DNA of 64,000 nt. Origin: a virus (Duplodnaviria; Caudoviricetes). The notes under the pieces were generated by a model. The model was not told the DNA's origin. It saw nothing but the letters and a program-made list of their open reading frames with translations, and did not search any database. The position numbers were made by a program, and so were the translations under genes. Where the stretch lies: positions 1 through 64,000 of IMG/VR virus record IMGVR_UViG_3300044624_003554. One strand, 5' to 3'. Shown in pieces: positions 47,061 to 58,900 of the stretch (position 1 is the stretch's first letter; each line of letters opens with the position of its first letter).

Positions 47061-50000
47061 TACAAAATTCCTCCTCTAATTTCTATGCAGACGTTATTAT
47101 TTTCGGAAAAACATAAATAATAAGGATTTGAAGAAATCAAATTACCAACACAATATTTTATATACCCAGCACTATTTTGTATTTTACCCTCTGAATTAAA
47201 ATTGTCACTAAATGAAACATTTTTTGATCCGACTCCATCGTTCCAACAAATGCAAGAAATAAAAGTTAAATCTGGAGATAAAAATTTAATAGATTTTTCT
47301 TGGAAATTCGCAATATCATAAACAAAATAATAAAAATTATTTAATCCAGATTCATTAATTTCATCACAGTATTTCATTAAACTCTGCGTATATATAGGTT
47401 CCTTTATATCTAGAAGTGGATAGTTTGTTGAAAATTTAATTGGCTGTACTCCACTAAAAATATAGTTTTTGCTAAAGCTCAAACATTTACCACTTAATGT
47501 TTGATTAATACTTTCGGAATCAATGTTTATAGAAAACTGACTTGGGAAAATTGAAACATTTGAATTTATTAAAAAACCAGTTTCTATATTTAGAAAAGTT
47601 CCATCTTCATTATATAGATAAACTTCGCCAGTTGCGCCGCCAATATAAGAAAATCCCGTTGTTGAAAAATTTAAATTTTTACTTAAATTTTTCTCTGAAC
47701 ATAGTGCGCCAGATTCACAATGAATAAAACAATCATTAAAATTTAAAAAATTTACTATAGGCAATACATAAGAGTATCCATCTCCAGATTTTAATTTGTA
47801 TGGAAATGGATCTATAGAATTGGAATCTCTACAAGAGATTTTTTGATCTATAATAAAATTGCCACTCCCATTCGGAATTTGCATACAGCAATCATAAAAA
47901 TCATTTTCTAGATCTATCATTAAAAAATTATATTCCGAAGAATTGTAACAAAAGCTCGAATAATTACATTGATGAATGTTTCCACAGTTCAATTCATTTG
48001 CAATAAAAAACAATAAATTATTTAATCCGTAATATCTATCTGAATTAAAATTACTATAAGGGTCTAAATACAATGTTACCGAGTCTTCTATTTTTATACC
48101 ATAGCAAGAAGATAAATATGTATTTGGAGATTCAAAACCATTACTAGAAACATTGTAAATTTTAGGAATATGAAAACAAATTAAATTACAACAACCACAA
48201 GAAAAGTTAAATTCAATCCCACTATAACTTAAAACTAAATTTGAGTTGCATATTTTTTCGTAAACTTCAGAATTAGATATTACTTTTAATTTATCCAAAC
48301 TTAAAGCTTGGATCGGAAAATCTAAAGTTGTTGAATTTCCAGAAGTGACAAGAGTTATATTTATTGAAGATTCTGGTATTTCGTATACTAAATCTTTATA
48401 AATGATACAGCATACTGGAAAATATCTATATTCAAGACCGCTATAAAAAAAACTTTTTTCAAAATTACCAATTTGAGGTATAAAAAATTCACTAATATCA
48501 GAACCGCTTTTGCATAAAATTGAATTTGTACAAAATCTATTTTCGCAATAATTTAAACATAAATAATAATCTAGCGGTTTATTATCTATAAAAAGTTGAT
48601 CTGAACACGAAACTATTTGAGAGTAATTAAAAAATTCTCCAGTAGAAAAACAATATCCAGAATCAACAAATTTTCCAGAAATTCCAGTATTAAAACAAAA
48701 TGATGAATTTGCAAGTTCATAACAATACGAATATGGAAAAACTTCACAACTCGGCAAAAACATACAATTTCTATTTATACTTTTATTTTTTAATGACGCA
48801 ATAGAAAAACCAGAATTTAAATTAATATTTATATAAAATTTATCACAAGAATTTCCAGTAAAGCAATATTCTGTTGTTGGCTGAATTACACAGCATCCAG
48901 AAAACTGAATAATGGAACAAGGATTTGAAGCGGTTAATAGTAACAGATTTTGATTTGAATCTCCAGAAATTCCAGAATACTGATATTTATATTTAAATAT
49001 TTTTTCTGAAGATAAATTTAAATCATATAAAAAACATATTTTTGTATCTTTATCAATTGTTGTAGAGAAAAAATTACAATAAAAATTAGAGCCAGTTGGA
49101 TAAGCAAAATATAAAAACTTATCATTGCAGTAAACATGCAAGCAATTAATTGCTATGCAGTAATTATATCTATTTTCTCCAAATTCAGAAAACGAACTGA
49201 TTCCACTGTCAATAATTTTATCAGAACCAGAAAGCATCAAAGTTAAATTAATTTCATTATCAACTAGTGAAGATGTGGAAAATTCTTTATATGGAAAAAC
49301 TGGATTGCATATCCAATCAAAATTCAACGATAAATCAGAATATCCAGTATTATTAAATCCAGAAGCGCATGGAGAAAAATTTGATCCAAATGGATGGCAT
49401 GAATTTGTGTTCATGTATTGAACATATCCAAGTAGTCCATTAAAATTGTCAAAAGTATTTGATTTATTTCCTAATATTAATTTATTCGTTCCAGATTGAG
49501 GCATTGGAATTCCATTGCAGTCAAAACCAGAAAATATACACTTTAGATCTCCGTTTATCCAAATGCAGCCAGTACAACTATAAACATCCAATGCAAAATG
49601 ATTCCATTTATTTAATTGCAGTCCTAATTTTACAAAAAAACCACATTCATAATTTTCACATATTAACGTAGCTGGCACAAATGAATTTACGCAATCCACG
49701 CACTGGTGATACCACCCAGAATCTAAATCCCCAGATAAAAGACCTAAAAATACAATTTCTCCAGTTATATTTTGATTACAATTAATATAACCACTACATG
49801 AAAGCGGTGGTAATATTCTTGAAATACAATCTGAATTATAAATAGATTGGTTTTTAATATATCTAAAACTATGCATGCATCCAAATAAACCGCATCCAAT
49901 GTAATTTGGTGAATTATTTGAAACAGTAAAACAGCATGTATTACAAACTCCAAATACACAACAGTAATCGACATAAATTCTTATGCATCCATTATTTTTC

Positions 50001-51169
50001 GATATAGCAAAATGCTGCCATTCTCCTGTTTTTACATAACATCCAGTATTCCAATCATGGTGACAATTACCTAAAATTAACGGAGCATATCCACCACCTA
50101 AATTTAATTCTATTCCATCAAATTTTAAAAATGAACTTCCATCTAAACAGTCATTTTTTGAAAAAAATTCAATTGTAAAATTATTTGATGGCAAATATAG
50201 CCCACTATTATTATCCGTATATATTCCAGCATATCCATTCACAAGCGCATCAAAAAAAATTGCATCAGTATTATAACATAAGTCATAGAAACAAGAATCG
50301 CCACTACCAACAAGAATTCTGTCGCATTTAAAACCAAGCAAAGAAAATGGAATATTTGAATCTAAATATGCCGCATTAAAAATACCACTTCCAGTTGGTG
50401 CGCAATTTAATTTAAACCAAGATTGAAAATTAAAATTTCCGCCAGTTATATCAAAGCAAGTTGATTCCCCTGTTCCAGATGGAATAACTAAATATTCTTC
50501 ATCTTCAATTAGTAAACTAAAAAAATTTCCAGAGCTTGGGCTTTCGTAGGCTCTTGTCGTGCCTGCATTTTCTATTAAAAAATTATTATTTCCACAATCA
50601 ACATAATCAACTTGAATTCCAGATATATTTTGATATGTAAAAATTGGATGATTATCAACGCAACATATCGGATACAAACCACAAGAATTTTTTTCTGTTA
50701 AATTATTTATTTTGTAAAAATATCCAAAATCAAAATTACCGCTTGAAAAATAAGACGAACCATCTTGATCAACATACAAATTTAAAATAATATTTTCTTT
50801 TGGTTTTAATAAAAAATTAGAAAAAGAACAAGAATATTTTTTATTTATTTTTTGACCTTCGTATTCAAAATATGAACCGCTAGAGCCATCATGTGCTGAA
50901 CATATATTTAGATCAAAACTTCCAACATTCCTAATGTATAAAAATGGTTTTGTTACTGCATCTAAAAATATAGCTTTTCGCTTTACAGATTCGTCTATAA
51001 ATATTACAGAATTGCTTTCTGAGCATATTTCATAAAATGGCAATAAATTGTCACAAAATGAAATGCAATAAGTCGGACCATTAACACAAATAAGTTCATT
51101 AAAATATTTGCTTTTTGTATCGGCTGAAAAATCCCAATCAATATTTAAATTCTGTAGTGGGTATGCCAT
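47060..51169 (-). CDS. Cys-rich tail protein with LamG/ConA-like domains
   Basis: FTIEF, GEWQHFAISK..IYVD, KWNHFALD..WING, FNGLLGYVQY. Confidence 0.7.
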   Translation of the reverse strand: MAYPLQNLNIDWDFSADTKSKYFNELICVNGPTYCISFCDNLLPFYEICSESNSVIFIDESVKRKAIFLDAVTKPFLYIRNVGSFDLNICSAHDGSSGSYFEYEGQKINKKYSCSFSNFLLKPKENIILNLYVDQDGSSYFSSGNFDFGYFYKINNLTEKNSCGLYPICCVDNHPIFTYQNISGIQVDYVDCGNNNFLIENAGTTRAYESPSSGNFFSLLIEDEEYLVIPSGTGESTCFDITGGNFNFQSWFKLNCAPTGSGIFNAAYLDSNIPFSLLGFKCDRILVGSGDSCFYDLCYNTDAIFFDALVNGYAGIYTDNNSGLYLPSNNFTIEFFSKNDCLDGSSFLKFDGIELNLGGGYAPLILGNCHHDWNTGCYVKTGEWQHFAISKNNGCIRIYVDYCCVFGVCNTCCFTVSNNSPNYIGCGLFGCMHSFRYIKNQSIYNSDCISRILPPLSCSGYINCNQNITGEIVFLGLLSGDLDSGWYHQCVDCVNSFVPATLICENYECGFFVKLGLQLNKWNHFALDVYSCTGCIWINGDLKCIFSGFDCNGIPMPQSGTNKLILGNKSNTFDNFNGLLGYVQYMNTNSCHPFGSNFSPCASGFNNTGYSDLSLNFDWICNPVFPYKEFSTSSLVDNEINLTLMLSGSDKIIDSGISSFSEFGENRYNYCIAINCLHVYCNDKFLYFAYPTGSNFYCNFFSTTIDKDTKICFLYDLNLSSEKIFKYKYQYSGISGDSNQNLLLLTASNPCSIIQFSGCCVIQPTTEYCFTGNSCDKFYININLNSGFSIASLKNKSINRNCMFLPSCEVFPYSYCYELANSSFCFNTGISGKFVDSGYCFSTGEFFNYSQIVSCSDQLFIDNKPLDYYLCLNYCENRFCTNSILCKSGSDISEFFIPQIGNFEKSFFYSGLEYRYFPVCCIIYKDLVYEIPESSINITLVTSGNSTTLDFPIQALSLDKLKVISNSEVYEKICNSNLVLSYSGIEFNFSCGCCNLICFHIPKIYNVSSNGFESPNTYLSSCYGIKIEDSVTLYLDPYSNFNSDRYYGLNNLLFFIANELNCGNIHQCNYSSFCYNSSEYNFLMIDLENDFYDCCMQIPNGSGNFIIDQKISCRDSNSIDPFPYKLKSGDGYSYVLPIVNFLNFNDCFIHCESGALCSEKNLSKNLNFSTTGFSYIGGATGEVYLYNEDGTFLNIETGFLINSNVSIFPSQFSINIDSESINQTLSGKCLSFSKNYIFSGVQPIKFSTNYPLLDIKEPIYTQSLMKYCDEINESGLNNFYYFVYDIANFQEKSIKFLSPDLTFISCICWNDGVGSKNVSFSDNFNSEGKIQNSAGYIKYCVGNLISSNPYYLCFSENNNVCIEIRGGIL

Positions 51170-51170
51170 A

Positions 51171-52187
51171 TTATACTATATAATAATAATCCAAATTATC
51201 TATGTTATCAATAAATATATTTGGACTTGGTTCTTCAATTAATTCCATTTCAATAGAATGGCAATTTTCATATTTAAAAACATGAGTCCATCTTGTGCAT
51301 ATAAAAACTTTACTTGCTTTTAAAAAAAATGGATACTCATATATGAATCTCCTATAGCCGCATTTTTTTTCTAAAAAGAAAATAATTGACCTACACTCAA
51401 TATCATCTATATTTTCAAATTTTAAAGATATTTTTTTTAATGCGTTTGAATTATTTTTATGTTTTATCGTTTGTATAAATGAATTTTTAAAATCCATTTT
51501 ATAAAAATCTAATTGATTTGAAAGCTCAAAGGGAAGCTTATGGTCATGATTAAAGTTTTTAGTCCAATTCTGCAGTGAAAATGCCGTATTTTGAGCTATG
51601 TCATTTTTTGCAAACCAAAAATTATCTATTTTATTTCCAGTGTAATTTTTGGCATTTGCGATAGAATTTGGATCTATATATACGAATTGATGTCTTTTAT
51701 AAGATTTTTCTTGATCAAATAACGTATCAGACGAAGTTACATTTGATAAGATTGAACTAGTTCTCCAATTTAAAAGCGGAGCTTTTATGTAAGAAAGTAA
51801 AGATACATTTAATTCATTTAAATTATTTCCTCCAGAATTTTTATTTATAGAATAAGCTTCAATTACCCCAATTATATCTTTATAAAAATCAGAAGGATCT
51901 TTAAATTTTAAATTTTTATAACCTCCAGCAACTTCTATTGTTTTGAGTAAATTTCCAGCATCATTATCGTTTAGTAGAAATTTAAATGAATAATTTATTG
52001 TTATATTATTTTCCGAAGCAGGTAGTATTTTTAAAGAATTGTCAACAGTTTCTAGGAAATTTAATCTTGAAGAAAATGATACAGAAGATCCATAAATAGG
52101 TTTGTATACACTTAAATCATTTATATAAGTGTACGAATCGCTTACAGAAGAATCTCTGTTATAAAGAAATGGATTATTATAAGCCAT
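51171..52187 (-). CDS. Minor tail protein (lambda gpM-like, duplicated domain)
   Basis: ISLKFENIDDIECRSIIFFLEKKCGYRRFIY..FIC..W..F. Confidence 0.65.
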   Translation of the reverse strand: MAYNNPFLYNRDSSVSDSYTYINDLSVYKPIYGSSVSFSSRLNFLETVDNSLKILPASENNITINYSFKFLLNDNDAGNLLKTIEVAGGYKNLKFKDPSDFYKDIIGVIEAYSINKNSGGNNLNELNVSLLSYIKAPLLNWRTSSILSNVTSSDTLFDQEKSYKRHQFVYIDPNSIANAKNYTGNKIDNFWFAKNDIAQNTAFSLQNWTKNFNHDHKLPFELSNQLDFYKMDFKNSFIQTIKHKNNSNALKKISLKFENIDDIECRSIIFFLEKKCGYRRFIYEYPFFLKASKVFICTRWTHVFKYENCHSIEMELIEEPSPNIFIDNIDNLDYYYIV

Positions 52188-52992
52188 AAAATCCTAAAAA
52201 GTCGTGTTTAACATCAAGGGTATTTTGGCTTGCAATTGAAACTGTAGAATTTATTAATTTAGATTTTCTTATTGGCAATTTAAAAAAAGAAGACGATCCA
52301 GAGACAATGATATCAAAATCTCTAAACCCATCGTCATTTTTTGAAAAATCAATTTCTTTTGAATTGTTTGGAATTTTTGAACTTAAAGAAATTTGTATTT
52401 GTAATGGCAAAATCGGACAAACTTCAGTCGGCTCTTTTTGTCCAACAGAATAATATGGTTGCCTATTAATTGTTAAGCTGTAATTAAAACCATATATATT
52501 GTATTTTTCCTTTAGATTTTGATCATAAAGTCCAGATATGCTTATTGAATTTAATTTTGGAATATCTAGTGGTTTAGAATTAATTGATCCTCCATCAAAA
52601 AATTCAATTTGTTTTAAATCAGATCCATATGATATGAATTCGGTGGAAATTTTAGGCAAATCTCCAACAGAAAAAGATGCGGAATAAGTTTTTAAAAAAA
52701 GATTTGTAATTGAATAGTAATTGTTTCCATCATATATTCTAAATTCTCTTACTGGATTTAATCCAGTATAATCAAACATGTTGTCATAATTAACAAAACT
52801 TCTATTAATTAAAACCTGTATTTCCTCTGGAGCATTTACGCTATAGGCGGCGTCAATTCCACCCAATGAAAAATGTTGATCATAAGATAAATTTTTTTGT
52901 AAATTTAAATCATTAATTCCATCTAATTCGTAGAATGAATCTCCAGCAATTCCAGACAAGTAATATAGTTTATAAATTGATGAGTCTATCAT
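52177..52992 (-). CDS. Tail structural protein following TMP
   Basis: ATGA overlap with the TMP stop; resembles 45861..47060. Confidence 0.55.
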   Translation of the reverse strand: MIDSSIYKLYYLSGIAGDSFYELDGINDLNLQKNLSYDQHFSLGGIDAAYSVNAPEEIQVLINRSFVNYDNMFDYTGLNPVREFRIYDGNNYYSITNLFLKTYSASFSVGDLPKISTEFISYGSDLKQIEFFDGGSINSKPLDIPKLNSISISGLYDQNLKEKYNIYGFNYSLTINRQPYYSVGQKEPTEVCPILPLQIQISLSSKIPNNSKEIDFSKNDDGFRDFDIIVSGSSSFFKLPIRKSKLINSTVSIASQNTLDVKHDFLGFYGL

Positions 52993-55900
52993 TATCTTAA
53001 CATGCCCCCTAATCTTCTCTCATCTTTTAAAACAGTTAAAACTACTTCTTTTATTCTCCTTGCCAATTCTTTATTTTGTTGATCTTGTCTTGAGTCGCTA
53101 TTTTGATTTTCTGTTTTTTCTCCTTTTCCATCAGAATTTACAGATATATTAATTGTTCCAACACCAGCTATTTTCTCTACAAGTTCTTCCAATTTAGCTT
53201 CTATTCTTGATGCCATTTCTCCAGTATTGCCAGATATTTCGCCAGTTGAATTTAATTTTTGTAAATTTCCATAGCCAGTTTTTTGTGCAGCTTGTTTAGA
53301 AACAACAAATTCTCCACCATTTAACATTGCTGGAACATTATCACCCATTCCATTGCCAGCTACATATCCGCCAGCAGCTCTTCTGACTACTGGAATTGCC
53401 ATCGGCGCAGTTCTGCCATTATATACAGACCTGTTTCTTCCATAAAATGAATCAAAATAAGTTCCAGAATTTAATGCAGTAGGAGTTCCTAGTTTATCAT
53501 AGGATGCGCCTAATGGAAATTGAGCATTGTAGGTATCCATACTCATTCTTGAATATGAATTTGTTTTATTGTTCCAGCTATACAATCCGCCACCTTGTTG
53601 ACCTAAAGCGCCAGCTCCAATTGTTGAGAAATCCTTGGTTGCAGAACTGTTGAAAATATTTGCCAATCCACCTCTACTTTCGCCGCCAAAAGATCCTCCT
53701 GTAAATGCTCCCGTAAATTTTTCTCCAAATGTCGCCGTCCTACCTTGTAAAGCTGCTGCTTGTTTGGTTGCACTTACACCTTTAGACATTGCGCTTCCAG
53801 CATAACTAACTCCAGCCATTATAGCTGTTGTTGCTAATTGGGTGACTAATGCTCTCTGAGCTTGTTTTTTAGCTTCTTTTTTAGCTTTTTCCCATTCTTC
53901 CATTTGTCTCTTGTATTCTTTTTCATTTTCAAAATCCATTCTTATCTTATCTTTGGAAGTTTGATAATCTTGAAAGTATAAATCTAAAGCTTTATTTTTG
54001 GATTCTAAGTATTGAGTATTTCTAACGTTGCCTTGATCGCGAAGAGCAAATAATGAAAGATTTCCACTTCCTCCAGCAATGTCAATTGAAGCAGAGTTGC
54101 CAGATGATGAAATTTTATCGTATTGAGTACCAACTGTTTCTTGAGTCGCAAATGAAAGTAAATTTTTCTGTCCAATTATTGCTCCTTGACCATAGCTTCC
54201 AGGCATGAAGAAGCCATTCTGTCCAGTCTGTTGATTTTGGTTATAAAAATTTGTTTGAGCCTTTAACAATGCATCTTGCTTATCTTCTTCTTTTCCTTGA
54301 TAATTTTCAATACCAGTCACCTTTCCGCTTTGATCGAATGAAAGACCAGCCATTCTATTCTCGCCATAAGTAGTATATTTGTTTGGATTTCTGATTAAAT
54401 CATTCAAATCAGTCTCTTGCATTCCATATGGCATGACTGGTCCACCAGCGGCAAAACCTTTCAATTTTCCAGAATTAAGTTTTTCAAAAAAATCTTTTCC
54501 ATATTTATTTACAACATCTTTTCTAATAACGTATTCGCCACCCATTAACATTGCTGGTACATCATCTTTAACTCCAGAACCGCCTTCAATTTCGCCTCCA
54601 GAAGCAAAACCAAGCGCTCCAGCAAGACCAGTTCCAGCTTGACCATTTCCAAAAATACCACTAGTAATTCTATTCGCTGCGTTAGTCATTAATGCTTCAT
54701 TGATTTTATTTACGAACGCTGAAGCGACACCCATTAATCTTTCTCCTAAAGACGCAGTAGAACTTGGATCTGACAAAACCCTCATTGCATCAACTAGTCC
54801 ATTTCTGAAATCTGTTGGAATTTGTTTTCCAAGTTTTCCTTGGAATTTAGTAATTTCGTCATCTATATCTCTTAATCCAGAGCGAAATCCCTTTCCGAAT
54901 TGTTCCTCTTGCGCAAATCTTTCATTAACTGTTCTTGTTTTATTCAAAGCAAGTTGATTTATATTTTGAGCTCTATCTACAAACGGAAGCGGTTGATCTT
55001 GATTAAATACTAAGGATGCATTTTTTTGAGAAAATTTATCTTTTTCTTGTTGAGCTTTTTCTTTTAAAGCTAAAGTTAACTCTTCTATTTTTATTGGTAA
55101 TTCTTCCGTATATTTTAGGATCGCTTCTTGATCTGCGCTTATGGGTCCAGTTTGATTTTTTATTATTTCAGCTTGTGGAGATAATGCATTAAAATCTTCC
55201 CTATATTTTTCTAGTTCAGCTTTCTTTAAAGAAAATTTTAACTCTTCATTTCTTGAATTACTTTGAACTTTATCTATTGGAGATGGAAAGGCTTTTCCTT
55301 CTTCTGTTGTTTTACTGCCAAAGCCTAAAGTTTTTAAATCTAAACCTTCAGGTTTAGATTCATTTTGCGCTATTTTCTTTCCTGTGACGAAAGATGCTCC
55401 AGCACCTAATATAATCTGTCTAAATTCTTTTGCCGCTTCTACTACTTGTTCTGCAAATGGATCTTTTTCCAATCCATACATTTTGTCTATGTTTCTATCT
55501 TCAATTGATTTGAGTATTTCTGGTCCTGTTTTTTCTCCTGTTAAAAAGCTATTTATTTCTGAAAGAGACGCGCCTCTAGACTGCAAAGTTTTGATTCCAG
55601 CTTGTCTGGACTGCAATGATCTTTCTTGCATTCTATCGGTATTTTCCTGCAATCCTCTTGTTCTTTCTTCTCCGATATTTCTATATGCAGCAGATTTTTC
55701 TGCTTGATATGGACTTAGTTGCGTTTGATAAAATTCAAATGCAGAATCTCTTAATTTTTGCTGCCAATCTCTTTCTTCTTTTCTGAGGTCGATTGCTTTT
55801 TGTGCATTTGTAATTTCCGCAGCTGTTAATTCTAATTTCCTATCTAATGCTCTTTTTTCTTGTGCAAAAATTAATTGCTTAATTGTTTGTTCTGTTTGAG

Positions 55901-58900
55901 CATTGATTAAAGCTTTAGGATCTTGAACAAAAGTTTGGCCAATCATTAGATTTGGAGCAGCAGCAGCACGAGCGGGAAGTCCAGATTCAGTTCTAGCGCT
56001 AGTAGGCAATTCTTCTTTAAAAACTCTACCTGCGGCAATTCGCGCTGCTGGTGTAACAGCGCCAGAACGCTCTATTTGATTAAAATAATCATTTGATGAT
56101 TCAAATCCTTTTGCAATATTAATTTGAGCTTGAATATCTGATTCAGAAACCGAATTTAGTATTTTAAATATTTCTTCTCCAACCGCCTTTCCTGCTTCTT
56201 GCGCTTTAATAAAGAATGCATCTCCAGCTTTAATAACCCTATCATTTATACTTTGGGCTTCTTTATCCAGAACTGTTTGAAGCGCTTGTTCTAAAGATTG
56301 ATAATCTTGGGCTTCTGTTATTTTTTGAACATCGCTTGCATTTGCTCCTCTTTGAAAGGCAATGTTTAATGCATTTAATCTGTCAGCTAATAATGCTGAT
56401 TGTCTTTGGATTTGATAATCCTCCATTTGTCTTGGCCCACTTGTAGCCAATGATCTTTCTAGATCTAATCTTTCTTTTACAGAAGGATCTTGATTTGGCG
56501 TTGCCAAGGTTCTGGTTTCGTATTGAATGTCGCTTATTTTTCTAACTATATCTAATCTCTGCCTGTCTTGATCTAATAATTTTTGATTTATACTTAATCT
56601 TGCGGTTAAAGATTCTCTTATAGTTGTTTCTATAAAGTTGTCTTTTGTTGCAATTGCTAATCTTTGATTTTCTATTAGAATTGCATCTCTTCTTGCAGCT
56701 TGTTGGCTACGAGTAAGTTTTTGTGAAAATTCTAACTGCCTAACTTCTTGCTCTAAATAACTTAAATATTGTTTTTTTTCAGCACTTAACTCTTTACTTC
56801 CGTTAACTGAAGATTTTATCGCTTTGACTTCATCTTGTGCAAATTTAATTCTTTGTTCATCAGTAGTTTGAGGATTGTATACATTTTGTGCAAATTTTTC
56901 CATTGCAGCAGTTCTTGTTGTGGCATAGTTTTCTGGCAAAGAAGTGCCTAGTCTTGTTATTGCAGTATTCTGTATATTTTTTACAAAATCAAAAGCAGCA
57001 CTTCCAAGCTGTTCGTTTGTTTGTCTTTCTTCCTGCTTTAATCTTAACTCAGCTTCAAGATTTGCTTTTTCTTGCGCGTTTACTGTTAATAATTCTTTTT
57101 TAAGCGCTAGATTGTTTTCTTCTGCAGAAGCATATGAAAGTATAACTTTTTGAAGTTCTCCAAATACATTTATTTGAGCTTTTAAAGTTTCTGCTGGAAT
57201 TAAAAATGATTCAGCAATAAAAGTTTTTACTAAATTTTCTACTCCAACTTTTTTGGCATTATCTTGGAAACTTTTTTGCAAATTTCCAAAAAATTTATCA
57301 AAATCTATTCTTCCAGAACTCACTTGTTTTGCAACAAATTCTTTTATTTCTTTGTTTGCTTCGTCTATTGTAAGTTCATTTGCTTTGACTTTTGAATTTA
57401 TTTTTTCTTTAAAATCTTTAAAAGTTTTAGATTTATCAACTTCTTCAAGCTGCAAATTTAATCTTGAATTTGTTGGTACATCACTTCTTTTTTGAAACGC
57501 TTGCATTTCTGCAAAACTTCCGAATTTTATCATTGATTTGTCTGCAATTTCATTTATTTTTTCTGCAACCATTTTATCTATTATTTCGGTTTGTGTAATT
57601 TTTTTATTGCCTTTTTTTCTTTCTGTTGTAAACTCTCTTTCTGCATCTGGTTGCACCATTTGAGTCAAACCTGAAAGTATACCTGTATTAACAGAACCCT
57701 CTAAACCCAAAGATTCAAGCGCATTTTTTGTTTTTTTAGTTTTATCTAAAGGATTTATATTTTGAAAATTAAACGTTCTATCAAAAGCTGTCGCAGCTTC
57801 AAAAGTTCCAACTTTTTTAACAAATGATTCAGATTTAGCTTTTTGTTCTTCAGTTAAATTTAAAGTATAGGTTTTTTGGATATCATTCAATCTTCCAAGC
57901 GCATCAGCAGTTCGATCTACAGTTTCTCCATATTTTTTATATACGCTATTTCCTATATCAAGAATTTTATATGTTGCGTAAATTGCAGCTGCTGGACCAG
58001 CTAAACCCGCTGCAATACCACCAATAGCCCCAGAAACACCAACTCCAGCAGTTCCAGCTACTCTTGAAAAATTTCCAGCTATTGATAAAGAAGATCCTAA
58101 TGAAGGCGCTCCTTCTCTACCAGCACCACCAAGTCTTAAAGCTTTTCCTACCCCAGAGCTTCTATCTTTTGTAAATCCCTCTAATACTTCTTTTCCCTGA
58201 GTGAATAACAAAACAACAGAAGAAAGTTCACTTAAAACTTCCGCTGCTACTTTTCCACTTTCTCCCAAAGAACTTATAGCTCCACTCACTAGTGAAATTG
58301 CGCTCTGCCATTTAATTAAAGTATATAAAGAATCTTGTACTGTTTTTGTTTGTTTTTCGTTTGTTGTTTTTCTATTTTGAGCATCTTTACCTTCTTGAAC
58401 AGTGTTTTGAGTTGAAGCTTTTGATTCTTTTTGATTTGTATTTGTGACCTCATTTCCACTTGAAGTAATTTTATCAAAAACTTGATATACAGCTTCTCCA
58501 CTCACTCCCAAATTTTCAGCAATTTTCTTAAATGCAGTATCAAGATCTGTCGATGAATATTTTAAATTCTCAAGAGCTTCTTTTATTGCATTGAATAAAT
58601 CGCCATTCATTCCAGACGGAGCTGAAAAATTTGGAACTCTACCATCTGGTTCGTCACGATTGTTTATGACCGCATATCCGTCTGGATTTTGCGGTCCGCG
58701 CACGCGAGCGTCTTGAACGACTTTAATCGCTGACAATGGCAAGCCAGATTCTTTTTGTTCACGATCTATTGCATTTAAAATTGCTTGTTTTGAAAAATTT
58801 GGAATGTATCCTTTTGCAGCAGTTCTTTCTGGAGCATCTTCTGGCGGCGGACCTTTATACCCATACTTCAAAAAGTCTTCCCTTCTTTTCATTTTTTTAG

